A stretch of 47,666 nucleotides of DNA, from positions 1 through 47,666 of the forward strand of contig DATDYQ010000048.1 of NCBI GenBank assembly GCA_035288965.1, in the 5' to 3' direction. The DNA comes from Candidatus Nanoarchaeia archaeon. Its GTDB lineage: Archaea; Nanobdellota; Nanobdellia; SCGC-AAA011-G17; JAGVZF01. The notes under the pieces are model-generated. The model had not been told where the DNA came from. It ran no database searches and saw only the letters and a program-made list of their open reading frames with translations. The stretch's first letter is position 1. Every line of letters begins with the position of its first letter. The translations under genes and the position numbers were made by a program. Below, piece by piece: positions 8,060-16,765 of this stretch.

Positions 8060-10082
8060 GAGTTATGTGAATCAAGAAATAGAGTTTCCTATAGGGAGTA
8101 TTTTATTAAGTGGGGATATAGGGAGCGGGAAGAGTACAATATTGTTGGCAATTGATTTTGCTTTATTTGGATTACAAAGAGGAAGTTTAGATGGAAATTC
8201 TTTGTTAAGGAATGGGACTAATAAGGGAAGTGTTGAATTAACATTTGATATTGATGGAAAGGAAGTTATAATAAAAAGAAGTTTGAAAAGAGTTAAAGAT
8301 TCAAGCGGGCAAGATCAAGGATATTTAATATACAATGGTAAAAAAGAAGATCTAAGTCCAGTGGAATTAAAACAAAGAGTTTTGGAATTATTCAATTATC
8401 CTCAAGAATTAGTTACAAAAAGTAAATCATTGATTTTTAGATTTACAGTTTATACGCCTCAAGAAGAGATGAAACATATATTGTTAGAAGATAAAGACTC
8501 GCGGTTAGATACTTTAAGAAAGGTTTTTGGTGTTGATAAATATAAAAGGTTAATAGAAAATTCCAATTTATTTGTAAATGCAATTAAAGTAAAGAAAAAA
8601 GAATTTAGCATGTTATTAAGCAGTTATGCTGAATTTAATGAGGAAAAAGAGAAGTTAGGAGAAGATAATAAAAGTATTGAAAGAATTACTGAAAAGTTAA
8701 AATTAGATTTAAAACATTTTGTTGATTTTAGAGAAAGATTAATTATGGAATTAAATAGTGTTGAGGATAATAACAAGAAATTAAATGAATTAAAAACCAA
8801 ATTAAGAGTAAATGAAAGTGGTTTAAATTTGAATATGAATAATTTAAATAATGCAAAAAATGATATGGTTGATTTAAAGAAGAAAATTGATAATTTAGAA
8901 AAAGACGTTTATGATTATTATATAGAAAAGGATACTGATGAAAAAATAAATTTAAAAGAAAATGAGATAAAGAACTTTGAAAGTGAATTAAATGAACTTA
9001 ATTTTAAATTAAATGAAGCTGTAATAAAGAAGAAAAGTTTTGATGAAATTAATAAAAGTATTAATAGTTTAGATATATGTCCATTATGTAAGCAAAAAGT
9101 AAGCGAAGATCACAAACATACTATAATTGATGAGGAAAAGAAAAAAATAAACCAATTTTTAGACAATATTCCCATAATAGATATTAGAATTAATCTAATA
9201 AACAAAGAAAGAGAGAAGTTAAGAAAAGAGATTGATGAGTTAAAGGAAATTAAAAGTAAATATGAATATCATTTATTAAAAAAGAGAGATTTAGAAGATA
9301 AAAGAGAGAGATTTGATAAGCTAAGGAATGATGATATTAAAATAAATAATGAGATAAATAACTTAAAGAAAGATATTGAATTATTAAATATGGAGATTAG
9401 TCAATTTAAAGATATAGAAATAGAATATTCTAGGTTAAAAAGAGAGATAGAAGATATAAGAGAAAAAGAGAAAATTATCGAAATTGATATTAAAAGCAGA
9501 GAGAATAAGATTAAGGATAACAATGAAAGATTAAGTATATTAAAAAAGAACATAGAAAGATTAGAAATAATAAAGAATAATTTAACAAAGTTAAATGAAA
9601 TACAATACTGGATTGATGAAAATTTGATTAATTTGTTTAATACAATGGAGAGACATATAATGTTAAGAGTTCATAACGACTTTTCCAATTTATTTGATAG
9701 GTGGTTTAACATATTAATTGATGATGAGAATTTAAATGTGAAACTTGATGATGAATTTACTCCATTAATTGAACAGAATGGATATAATATTGATTATAAC
9801 TTTCTATCTGGAGGAGAAAAAACAGCCGCTGCTTTAGCTTACAGATTAAGCTTGAATCAAGTTATTAATAATTTAATAAGTGCCATCAAAACAAAAGATT
9901 TATTGATATTGGATGAACCGACAGATGGATTTAGTGAAGATCAATTAGACAGAATAAGAATTTTGTTAGAAGAGATTAATGTAAAACAAATAATAATAGT
10001 AAGTCATGAAAGCAAGATTGAAAGTTTTGTGGAAAATGTGATAAGATTTAATAAAAGAGATCATGTAAGTGAAATCATATAA
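8025..10082 (+). CDS. rad50: Rad50 ATPase (short, 685 aa)
   Basis: Walker A is GDIGSGKST. A long K/E/N-rich coiled coil carries a CPLC zinc hook. The signature motif is LSGGEKTAAALA and Walker B is LLILDEPTDG. Confidence 0.88.
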   Translation: MIIKKLKLENIRSYVNQEIEFPIGSILLSGDIGSGKSTILLAIDFALFGLQRGSLDGNSLLRNGTNKGSVELTFDIDGKEVIIKRSLKRVKDSSGQDQGYLIYNGKKEDLSPVELKQRVLELFNYPQELVTKSKSLIFRFTVYTPQEEMKHILLEDKDSRLDTLRKVFGVDKYKRLIENSNLFVNAIKVKKKEFSMLLSSYAEFNEEKEKLGEDNKSIERITEKLKLDLKHFVDFRERLIMELNSVEDNNKKLNELKTKLRVNESGLNLNMNNLNNAKNDMVDLKKKIDNLEKDVYDYYIEKDTDEKINLKENEIKNFESELNELNFKLNEAVIKKKSFDEINKSINSLDICPLCKQKVSEDHKHTIIDEEKKKINQFLDNIPIIDIRINLINKEREKLRKEIDELKEIKSKYEYHLLKKRDLEDKRERFDKLRNDDIKINNEINNLKKDIELLNMEISQFKDIEIEYSRLKREIEDIREKEKIIEIDIKSRENKIKDNNERLSILKKNIERLEIIKNNLTKLNEIQYWIDENLINLFNTMERHIMLRVHNDFSNLFDRWFNILIDDENLNVKLDDEFTPLIEQNGYNIDYNFLSGGEKTAAALAYRLSLNQVINNLISAIKTKDLLILDEPTDGFSEDQLDRIRILLEEINVKQIIIVSHESKIESFVENVIRFNKRDHVSEII

Positions 10083-10085
10083 AAC

Positions 10086-10319
10086 TTACTGATCTTCTTC
10101 TATAGAATATTGAACGTTATAATCTTCTGCCTCTTGATTATATAATGATCTTCCTGCCATATTTAAAACTGTTTTTGGTATATGACGAACACTTACTGGT
10201 AATCCTGTCTTTGTTAATGCTTCTAAATCTTCCTGATCAAAGATTTCTTTAACAATCCTTTTTTGCAACTTAATTCGTTCTTCATTTAATCTTATATGTC
10301 CTTTTTTACCTTGATACAT
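10086..10319 (-). CDS. hypothetical protein
   Basis: The ORF starts MYQGKKGHIRLNE, with GGAGGG a few nt upstream of that ATG on the minus strand. The ORF-track start at 10340 is a TTG. Confidence 0.4.
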   Translation of the reverse strand: MYQGKKGHIRLNEERIKLQKRIVKEIFDQEDLEALTKTGLPVSVRHIPKTVLNMAGRSLYNQEAEDYNVQYSIEEDQ

Positions 10320-10376
10320 TTTTAACCCTCCTAAAAACAAGATTTTAAAAAATAATTAGTATTTAAAAGTTACTAT

Positions 10377-10450
10377 GGGATTGTAGTCCAACTTGGTCAA
10401 GACGCCAGCTTGGGGTGTTGGTAATCCCGGTTCAAATCCGGGCAATCCCA
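10377..10450 (+). tRNA. tRNA-Pro (anticodon GGG)
   Basis: Hand-folded cloverleaf. Acceptor GGGATTG/CAATCCC, D arm GTCC..GAC, anticodon stem CCAGC/GTTGG with loop TTGGGGT, T arm CCCGG-TTCAAAT-CCGGG. CCA is not encoded. Confidence 0.85.
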
Positions 10451-10741
10451 TTATTTATTTAATCCTAAAAATGCAGAAATTTCTTTTATAGCTCGAGGAT
10501 TTATAGAAATATGAAGATCAGAACCTTTTCCTGTTCTTTTTTTAAGAATTAAAAGCCAACCTTGATTATTCAATTCTTTTACTGCATTTTCTATTAGTTT
10601 TTTTCCTTTTTTATTATATAAAAATTCGTCTGGTAAATGATTAATAATATTATCAAATGGTGTATGAGAACCTCCGAATTTAGATTTTTTGATTAATTCT
10701 TCAAGAATGAACTTCTTTACTTTATCTGTTTCTAAGTCCAT
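10451..10741 (-). CDS. hypothetical protein
   Basis: 96-aa ORF. I recognise no family. Confidence 0.45.
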   Translation of the reverse strand: MDLETDKVKKFILEELIKKSKFGGSHTPFDNIINHLPDEFLYNKKGKKLIENAVKELNNQGWLLILKKRTGKGSDLHISINPRAIKEISAFLGLNK

Positions 10742-10845
10742 AATTACTAATATACAGAAAAATATAAAAACCAGTTGTTCTCTAAAATGGTATAATCTTG
10801 TACCAAAAAGAAAGATTTAAATAGTTTATTATTACTTAGTTTATT

Positions 10846-11169
10846 ATGAAAGAAAAAAATGTATTTTTAGATTATGTGGGGAATAGTCCATTTATGAGAA
10901 TATTGGATTTTTTAATAACTGGGAGAGAATTTGATTATACAATGACTGATATTTCCAAAAAATCTGGAGTTGGTTGGACTACATTTAACAGAATTTTCCC
11001 AAAAATGATTGAAAATGATATTGTAGTTCAAGTAAGACAAGTTGGGATGGCTAAATTGTATAAAATTAATTTAAATAATCCAGTTGTTCAGAAAATGGTA
11101 AAGCTTTATCAAACTATTTTAGCTGAAAACTTAAAATCTATAGAAAAGAAAAGACTGATAAAAGCATAA
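10846..11169 (+). CDS. winged-helix DNA-binding protein (putative transcriptional regulator)
   Basis: 107 aa. The segment DYTMTDISKKSGVGWTTFNRIFPKMIENDIVVQVRQVGMAKLYKIN reads as an HTH plus wing. Confidence 0.5.
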   Translation: MKEKNVFLDYVGNSPFMRILDFLITGREFDYTMTDISKKSGVGWTTFNRIFPKMIENDIVVQVRQVGMAKLYKINLNNPVVQKMVKLYQTILAENLKSIEKKRLIKA

Positions 11170-11266
11170 AATCAATATTTTTATTATTGAGGAATGACAT
11201 TAAAATAATTAGGAAAGCTTTATATATTTGTTTACTCTATATACGACGATAAAAAGAGGAAAAAAT

Positions 11267-12649
11267 ATGAAAAAGAGGCTAATATTACTATTGTTTGTAC
11301 TTTTTTTATTACCTCTAACTGTTAAAGCTTTAGATGTTAATGTTCAGGCTACGCCTATAAGAAGTACTGTAGCGCCGTTTCAAGATGCTTTATATAATCT
11401 AAAGATAACAAACAATGAAAATAAGGCCATTACCTTTACAATTACTTATTTAGATATATATTGGACAGTAAATCCAAGTGAAATTAAGGTAGAGAGCAAG
11501 AGCAGTAAAGATATTGAATTAAGATTAATTCCGTATAATGCTGATGAAAACAAGCCAAGTGCTGTAAAAATAGTTATAAGTTCGATTGATAAAACTTTTA
11601 GAACTGAAAATGTGTTGGAAATTAAATCCTTAAAATACAATGAGTTGTTAAAATATGAATTATTGTTACCTGAACCAATAGATCCAAGAAAAGATGCTAC
11701 AATTAGATTGAAATTAATCAATGAAAACAGTTATGAGCTTAATGACATGGAACTAAGCTTGGAAAGTGAGTTATTTAATGAGAAAAGAAAGATAAGCATA
11801 GCTCCTTTTGAAACAAAAACTGAAACTTTTATTATAAAATTTAGTGAATTATATCAGGACGGGAATTATGATGTAAGAACTTTTTTAAGATGGAATGATA
11901 AAACAATAATAGATGAAACAAGCCAGGTAGCTGTTGGACAATACCCCAATATAAAAGAAGTTAAAAGCCCAGAATCAAGTTTCTTAAATACAAAGATAGA
12001 GGTAATAAAAACAAATGAAGGAAATACAATAAGCCAGGAAATTTATGAGAAGAGTTTTGGAACTATACAGAAGCAGTTTACTAAATTTAATCCTGAACCC
12101 AATTCTATTGTTAAACAAGATGGGGGATATTTGGCTAGGTGGGAATTTGATTTGAAGCCAGGAGAGACTAAGAGCATATTTATAGAAAGTGATTACAGAA
12201 CAGCTTTCTGGATTATAATTTTAGCATTAATAGTTATAATCTTAGTTGGATTGTGGATGTGGAGCCATGTTGTATTAAAAAAGAGATTAGTTAGCATATT
12301 AACTGAGAAAGATGGAAGCAGTATGATGAAGATTGAAATTGTGTTAAAAAATAGAAGCAGAAAAACTTTGATAAACTTGAAATTAATGGATAGAGTAGGT
12401 CATCTAAGTGAAGTTCCTGATAGTTTTGGAAGCATGCATCCTGCTAAGATAACTAAAAGTACTTCTGGAATATTAATGATCTGGAATATTGATATGTTAA
12501 AACCAGGTGAAGAAAGAATATTTTCTTACAGAGCAAAGAGTAAATTACATGTTGTTGGGAAGTTTAACATTCCAAGAGCGATGTTAAGATATACTGATGG
12601 AAGAAGATTTAGAGTTATTTATTCTAATATTGCAAATGTGTTTAACTAA
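11267..12649 (+). CDS. secreted/membrane-anchored hypothetical protein
   Basis: It has a signal peptide, MKKRLILLLFVLFLLPLTVKA, and an internal TM segment, FWIIILALIVIILVGLWMW. ATG 11267 is preceded by agagga. The ORF-track start at 11228 is a TTG. Confidence 0.6.
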   Translation: MKKRLILLLFVLFLLPLTVKALDVNVQATPIRSTVAPFQDALYNLKITNNENKAITFTITYLDIYWTVNPSEIKVESKSSKDIELRLIPYNADENKPSAVKIVISSIDKTFRTENVLEIKSLKYNELLKYELLLPEPIDPRKDATIRLKLINENSYELNDMELSLESELFNEKRKISIAPFETKTETFIIKFSELYQDGNYDVRTFLRWNDKTIIDETSQVAVGQYPNIKEVKSPESSFLNTKIEVIKTNEGNTISQEIYEKSFGTIQKQFTKFNPEPNSIVKQDGGYLARWEFDLKPGETKSIFIESDYRTAFWIIILALIVIILVGLWMWSHVVLKKRLVSILTEKDGSSMMKIEIVLKNRSRKTLINLKLMDRVGHLSEVPDSFGSMHPAKITKSTSGILMIWNIDMLKPGEERIFSYRAKSKLHVVGKFNIPRAMLRYTDGRRFRVIYSNIANVFN

Positions 12650-12660
12650 AGAATAATAAT

Positions 12661-12675
12661 AAAGCTTTATATAAT
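12661..12675 (+). promoter_or_regulatory. BRE/TATA promoter (aaagctttatataat)
   Basis: The TATA 5' edge is 30 nt upstream of ATG 12696. Confidence 0.5.
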
Positions 12676-12695
12676 GAAAATATAAAATTAATTTT

Positions 12696-13226
12696 ATGAG
12701 TGTTTATACAACTTATATTTTATTGGTAGTTTTAATTATAGTTGTAACATTAATAATATTAAAATATGTTATCATGAAGATATTTGACTTTTATGATTAT
12801 GTTAATATTGCAATTTGGATAATAATAGTATTATTATTAAGTTTCTTTTTCTTTCCAAAAAATATAGATAGTTATGCTGGAATAAGAAGCAATGAATGTG
12901 GTTGTTTTGGATTAAAATTATTAGATAAAGAGAGTAGTAAAGATGTTATTAGCTGTTATGGGATAAAGACAAGTTGTGTTTCTAGAGAAATGTTTAATGA
13001 AAATGCTGTTAAGGATATAAGTTATTGTGAAAGAGAAAATATATATTATGAGAAAATAGATAGTTGTTATAGTTTTGTAGCTAAAGATGTGGCGCAGAAA
13101 GCTGTTAATGGAGATAGAAATTTTGGTAAAGCTTTAGGTTATTGTGATAAAATAAGTGATGCTTATGTTAAGAGTGATTGTGTTGCTTTTGTTAAAACAT
13201 TGGAAGCGGGTGGGGTTGGATTTTAA
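12696..13226 (+). CDS. membrane protein with Cys-rich extracytoplasmic domain
   Basis: Two N-terminal TM segments are followed by a Cys-rich domain. No family assignment. Confidence 0.5.
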   Translation: MSVYTTYILLVVLIIVVTLIILKYVIMKIFDFYDYVNIAIWIIIVLLLSFFFFPKNIDSYAGIRSNECGCFGLKLLDKESSKDVISCYGIKTSCVSREMFNENAVKDISYCERENIYYEKIDSCYSFVAKDVAQKAVNGDRNFGKALGYCDKISDAYVKSDCVAFVKTLEAGGVGF

Positions 13227-13234
13227 AGATAGAT

Positions 13235-13483
13235 TTATTGTTCATCTTTATGATATAAATCAAGAATTATGACCATATTTTGTTCTTTATTATAAGCATA
13301 AGATAAACGAAATGGAGGAATGTAAACCTCTCTTGTTCCTTTTCTTGCATTCATCATAGACTTTCCTATTTCTGGATTTTCTCTAATCTTAGTTAATTGT
13401 TTTATTATTCTCTCTTTTAATGATCTTTCTTTAATTTTAGAAAAAATATTATGAAAATGTGGATAAAAAATAACTTCTACCAT
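13235..13483 (-). CDS. RelE/ParE-family toxin
   Basis: 82 aa. The layout ...IKQLTKIRENPEIGKSM...REVYIPPFRLSYAYNKEQNMVIILDLYHKDEQ is typical of RelE/StbE. It overlaps its AbrB partner. Confidence 0.7.
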   Translation of the reverse strand: MVEVIFYPHFHNIFSKIKERSLKERIIKQLTKIRENPEIGKSMMNARKGTREVYIPPFRLSYAYNKEQNMVIILDLYHKDEQ

Positions 13484-13752
13484 TTTTTGATTTCTTTTAA
13501 GAATTCATCAAAATCCATCTTTATAAATTCGCCTTTGTCATATCTCTTCCAAGCTTCCTCTGTTCTTTTAGCAAATATGATATCTTCTTTTAAATTTTTA
13601 TCTAAATCTTTTACGCTTTTTAGAATAAGACGTTTTCCATCTTTTATAATTATAAACTGTTCACCTTCATTAAAATCTTTCCTCATTTCACTAGGAATTA
13701 CTATTTGGCCTTTTGAACTCATCTTAGTTATGTTTATATTCACTTTTCTCAT
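13477..13752 (-). CDS. AbrB/SpoVT-family antitoxin
   Basis: It carries the motif SSKGQIVIPSEMRKDFNEGEQFII. It lies upstream of the RelE-like gene and overlaps it. Confidence 0.7.
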   Translation of the reverse strand: MRKVNINITKMSSKGQIVIPSEMRKDFNEGEQFIIIKDGKRLILKSVKDLDKNLKEDIIFAKRTEEAWKRYDKGEFIKMDFDEFLKEIKKW

Positions 13753-13771
13753 TGTAAGACGAATCTTACTA

Positions 13772-13786
13772 TATATTTAAAGCTTT
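13772..13786 (-). promoter_or_regulatory. BRE/TATA promoter (minus-strand aaagctttaaatata) for the AbrB-RelE pair
   Basis: The TATA 5' edge is about 29 nt upstream of the minus-strand ATG at 13752. Confidence 0.5.
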
Positions 13787-13886
13787 CTATTTTGTAATAT
13801 AGAAAATTAAAACAATATCTTTAAAAATAGTTAATTCTCGTTAATATTAACCCACCTTAGCTCAACGGTAGAGCATTCGGCTGTAG

Positions 13887-13942
13887 ATAAATTCGCTATT
13901 CGACTTTGCTATCAGCAACAGGATGAAAAATAGCCAGCTGAT
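13887..13942 (+). other. tRNA-Tyr intron 1, canonical 37/38 position, ~56 nt (boundary could shift by 1 nt)
   Basis: It separates the anticodon-loop half CTGTAG from the 3' anticodon stem CCGAA (13944-13948). By hand I found only a relaxed BHB. Confidence 0.6.
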
Positions 13943-13958
13943 CCCGAAAGGTTCCCAG

Positions 13959-13989
13959 AAAGCAATTTTTTGCTAAATTGTTTGGGGTA
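13959..13989 (+). other. tRNA-Tyr intron 2, non-canonical position in the T-arm (53/54), 31 nt
   Basis: The central helix is UCCC (13953-56) paired with GGGG (13984-87). The 3-nt bulges are AG|A and UA|U. A 9-bp inner helix pairs 13960-68 with 13975-83. The predicted cuts fall exactly at the exon ends. Confidence 0.7.
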
Positions 13990-14009
13990 TTCAAATCTGG
14001 GAGGTGGGA

Positions 14010-14017
14010 TTTTTTTT
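14010..14017 (+). terminator. oligo-T terminator after tRNA-Tyr
   Basis: A T8 run lies directly after the discriminator base. Confidence 0.45.
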
Positions 14018-14027
14018 ATTTAGAAAA

Positions 14028-14372
14028 TTAGGTGGAGTTTGCATTTTCTCTTGATTTTTCTTTCATATTAAAATCTAAACTAAAAACTTTGCCTTCTAAA
14101 TCTTTTTTTATTTCTTCTACACGTTGTGGTGTACAATCCCAATCTATCCCAGTTAGATGTTCAAATGTTAATCGATTAAGACATAATGATATATAATTAT
14201 CTCTATCACCTAGATGGCTTAAACCTGTTGAGATATAAGATCCGTTGCTTGGAGAAAAATTAAGTCCTTGTAATTTTAGGGCAATCATTGGTATACTTGA
14301 TGCTGTTCCAAGATGATATTCAACATCTGATACTTTATATCTTATCTCGTATTCCTCTTGGTATTTTCCCAT
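14028..14372 (-). CDS. hypothetical protein
   Basis: 114-aa ORF. I recognise no family. Confidence 0.45.
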   Translation of the reverse strand: MGKYQEEYEIRYKVSDVEYHLGTASSIPMIALKLQGLNFSPSNGSYISTGLSHLGDRDNYISLCLNRLTFEHLTGIDWDCTPQRVEEIKKDLEGKVFSLDFNMKEKSRENANST

Positions 14373-14469
14373 CTGGATAGGTATATCAGAAAAATATTTA
14401 AAACCTTTGATTAATGTTCAATTTTTAAACCAAAAGTAATATAAATAGTTTAAAAGTTTTAATTCTTAT

Positions 14470-14541
14470 GCCTCAGTAGTCTAATGGTTATGACGCGGCC
14501 CTGTCGAGGCCGCAGTCCGGGTCCGATTCCCGGCTGGGGCG
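14470..14541 (+). tRNA. tRNA-Asp (anticodon GTC)
   Basis: Acceptor GCCTCAG/CTGGGGC, anticodon stem CGGCC/GGCCG with loop CTGTCGA, T arm CCGGG-TCCGATT-CCCGG. Confidence 0.9.
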
Positions 14542-14565
14542 CTTATTTTATCTTGGAGGTTTAAA

Positions 14566-15195
14566 ATGAAAATTGGAATTTTAGGTTCTGGAACTGTAGG
14601 TCAACAATTAGGAATTGGATTTATTAGATTAGGATATGATGTTAAAATGGGAACTAGAGATAAAAGCAAGTTAGATGAATGGATTAAAAATAACAATGGA
14701 AGTATTGGAAGTTTTGAGGAAGCAGCTAAATTTGGAGAAGTAATTGTTTTAGCAACAGCTGGAAGTGGAACTGAAAATGCAATTAATCTAGCAAAGAAAG
14801 AGAATTTTGAAAATAAAATTGTAGTTGATGTAACTAATCCTTTGGATCATAGTACAATGCCGCCTGGATTAACATCTAGTTTTGGAAATTCAGAAGGAGA
14901 AAGAATACAAAGGTTATTGCCTAAATCAAAAGTTGTAAAAGCATTCAATACAATAAGTGCTTATATTATGTGTAACCCAAAAAGAGAAGAAGGAGATCCT
15001 GATTTATTTATTTGTGGGAATGATGAAGGAAAAGAGTTTGTAACAAAGATAGCTAAAGAATGGGGTTGGAAAAATGTTTATGATTTGGGAGATTTATCAA
15101 ATGCTTATTGGCTAGAAACTTTTGCAATGTTATGGATTGTTTACGGATTTAAGAACAATCATTGGACACATGCATTTAAATTGCTAAAGAAATAA
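14566..15195 (+). CDS. NADP-dependent oxidoreductase, F420-dependent NADP reductase/ProC-like Rossmann family
   Basis: The N-terminus MKIGILGSGTVGQQLG holds a GxGxxG motif. At 209 aa, the overall layout resembles COG2085-type proteins. Confidence 0.65.
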   Translation: MKIGILGSGTVGQQLGIGFIRLGYDVKMGTRDKSKLDEWIKNNNGSIGSFEEAAKFGEVIVLATAGSGTENAINLAKKENFENKIVVDVTNPLDHSTMPPGLTSSFGNSEGERIQRLLPKSKVVKAFNTISAYIMCNPKREEGDPDLFICGNDEGKEFVTKIAKEWGWKNVYDLGDLSNAYWLETFAMLWIVYGFKNNHWTHAFKLLKK

Positions 15196-15227
15196 ATATT
15201 GTTACAACTTATTAGAAGTTTCAATAG

Positions 15228-15242
15228 AAAGTTTTATAAAGC
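15228..15242 (+). promoter_or_regulatory. BRE/TATA promoter (aaagttttataaagc)
   Basis: The TATA 5' edge is 30 nt upstream of ATG 15263. Confidence 0.5.
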
Positions 15243-15262
15243 TTTTCTTATCTTGATTTTTT

Positions 15263-16765
15263 ATGATGAAGGATAGATTACCAACTAAGTTAAAAACTGG
15301 AACTTTTGTAAATTGGGAAGGTGTAGTTGAAGATATTGATACTCCTTTGCTTAGGGGATTAGATCCAAATCAAGATAATGAAAATTATAAAAAAGAAGTA
15401 AAAAAGACCTTTAAGAATCTAGAATTGGGTCATTTGGGTAATAATATTGTTAGATTATGGACCCGAAATATGGTAGATGTTAATCAGGAGAGATTTATTG
15501 ATAATTTAGTAGAAAGATTGTCTAATCCTTTTATTGATAGAAGTGTAATTGAACAAATTCATATGGGTGTTGAAGAATTAATTGGAAATCCGTCATTTTT
15601 TGGAAGCGTTCAAAAAGGTTTGCATAATCACCATATTGAAATAATAGATATTAAGCAAAGTTTTCTAGCTGGTAACATTGATTTTATTACATTTGAGAGA
15701 GGATCTTTGGAAAGTTATGATATATTAAGAAAAGTTTTATTAAAATCTGACAATAAACTCTTCAGAGATTTAGCAGATATATTTGGTTCATTCCATATTG
15801 TGGGAAATCCCGTTGCTGATTATTATAATATTGTTAATTCTCGTCATCTAAAAATTGTAGGTGATATAAATGGATTTAGATTATATCAAAAAAAAGATTC
15901 TCTTTATGTTGATTCATTAGATAAAAAAAATTTCACAAATGAAGAAAAATTTATTAAAATATGTATGGAGATGAGTGTTCAAAGACAGAAAGCATATAAA
16001 ATATTAGAAGGAAGTTCTGATTTCTTAGAATATATTGCTGCAATGGCTTTATGGGGGAATATAAATAAGTTTACTAAACCTACATTTAATAATGATGAAG
16101 TACTAGATATAAAAGAAGGTTATCATCCGCTTTTGATTTCAAGAAATGGAATTAATTTTAATCCGATTGTTACTCACGATACTCTTTTAACTCCTGATGT
16201 TAAGGTAGTTGCAGTTACGGGACCAAATGCAGCAGGTAAAACTACATATATCAAAGAGCTTGGATTAATATCAAGTTTAGCTCAAAGTGGAAGTTATGTC
16301 TCTGCAAAGATGGCAAATCTTCCTGTACAAAGGAAATTTTTAACTCATTTTGGATCAAAAGATGATATAATGGAAAATTTGTCTTTGTATCAAGCTGAAA
16401 TTCATGAACTAAATGTCTGCCTTTCTAAATTGGAAAAGGGTGTTTTATTTATTTGTGATGAACTCTTTAGAGGAACTGAATCTGGTGAGAATGGAGGAAC
16501 AAGATTACATAAGGCACTTGTGGAATCATTGGTATATGATTATCAGGGAAGAACTTATCTTTCTTCACATTACCATGAATCACTTGCTCAACAAAGAGAT
16601 TTACAGGGAATTAAATTTGCAAGGTTTGGTTTTAATGGAGACGGAAGGCCTTCATATAAGTTACAAAGTGGAATTGATAAGGGGGGATATGCTGTTCAAT
16701 CTGCAATTGATGCTGGATTAGATAAGAAAGTTGTGAAAAGATTGAATGGTAATGGAAAGTTATAG
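15263..16765 (+). CDS. MutS-related ATPase (MutS domain V only)
   Basis: Walker A is VTGPNAAGKTTYIKELG and Walker B is LFICDELFRGTE. The later SSHYHE matches the MutS ABC ATPase core. I see no recognisable mismatch-binding domain. Confidence 0.7.
   Translation: MMKDRLPTKLKTGTFVNWEGVVEDIDTPLLRGLDPNQDNENYKKEVKKTFKNLELGHLGNNIVRLWTRNMVDVNQERFIDNLVERLSNPFIDRSVIEQIHMGVEELIGNPSFFGSVQKGLHNHHIEIIDIKQSFLAGNIDFITFERGSLESYDILRKVLLKSDNKLFRDLADIFGSFHIVGNPVADYYNIVNSRHLKIVGDINGFRLYQKKDSLYVDSLDKKNFTNEEKFIKICMEMSVQRQKAYKILEGSSDFLEYIAAMALWGNINKFTKPTFNNDEVLDIKEGYHPLLISRNGINFNPIVTHDTLLTPDVKVVAVTGPNAAGKTTYIKELGLISSLAQSGSYVSAKMANLPVQRKFLTHFGSKDDIMENLSLYQAEIHELNVCLSKLEKGVLFICDELFRGTESGENGGTRLHKALVESLVYDYQGRTYLSSHYHESLAQQRDLQGIKFARFGFNGDGRPSYKLQSGIDKGGYAVQSAIDAGLDKKVVKRLNGNGKL

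Larger units (their letters stand above)
13851..14009 (+). tRNA. tRNA-Tyr (anticodon GTA) interrupted by two introns
   Basis: Exons assemble into a 72-nt cloverleaf: CCCACCT TA GCTC AACGGTA GAGC A TTCGG CTGTAG.. CCGAA AGGTT CCCAG | TTCAAAT CTGGG AGGTGGG A. The C1:G72 pair fits archaeal Tyr identity. A T8 run follows at 14010-14017. Confidence 0.75.

Noticed and set aside
13451-13780. 109-aa plus-strand ORF.
   Set aside because: It is antisense to the well-supported AbrB antitoxin/RelE genes, and its sequence is low-complexity and hydrophobic, as is typical of AT-rich antisense frames.
13887-13942. Possible C/D-box guide RNA inside tRNA-Tyr intron 1 (AGGAUGA at 13920-13926, then an 11-nt spacer, then CUGA at 13938-13941). 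This would be analogous to the Haloferax tRNA-Trp intron.
   Set aside because: There is only one C-like box, with a mismatch to RUGAUGA, and one D box. I found no second C'/D' pair, no terminal stem and no convincing target complementarity. In sequence this AT-rich, such short motifs occur by chance.
16413-16721. 102-aa ORF in an alternative frame.
   Set aside because: It lies entirely inside the MutS-like CDS, whose frame carries the Walker motifs.
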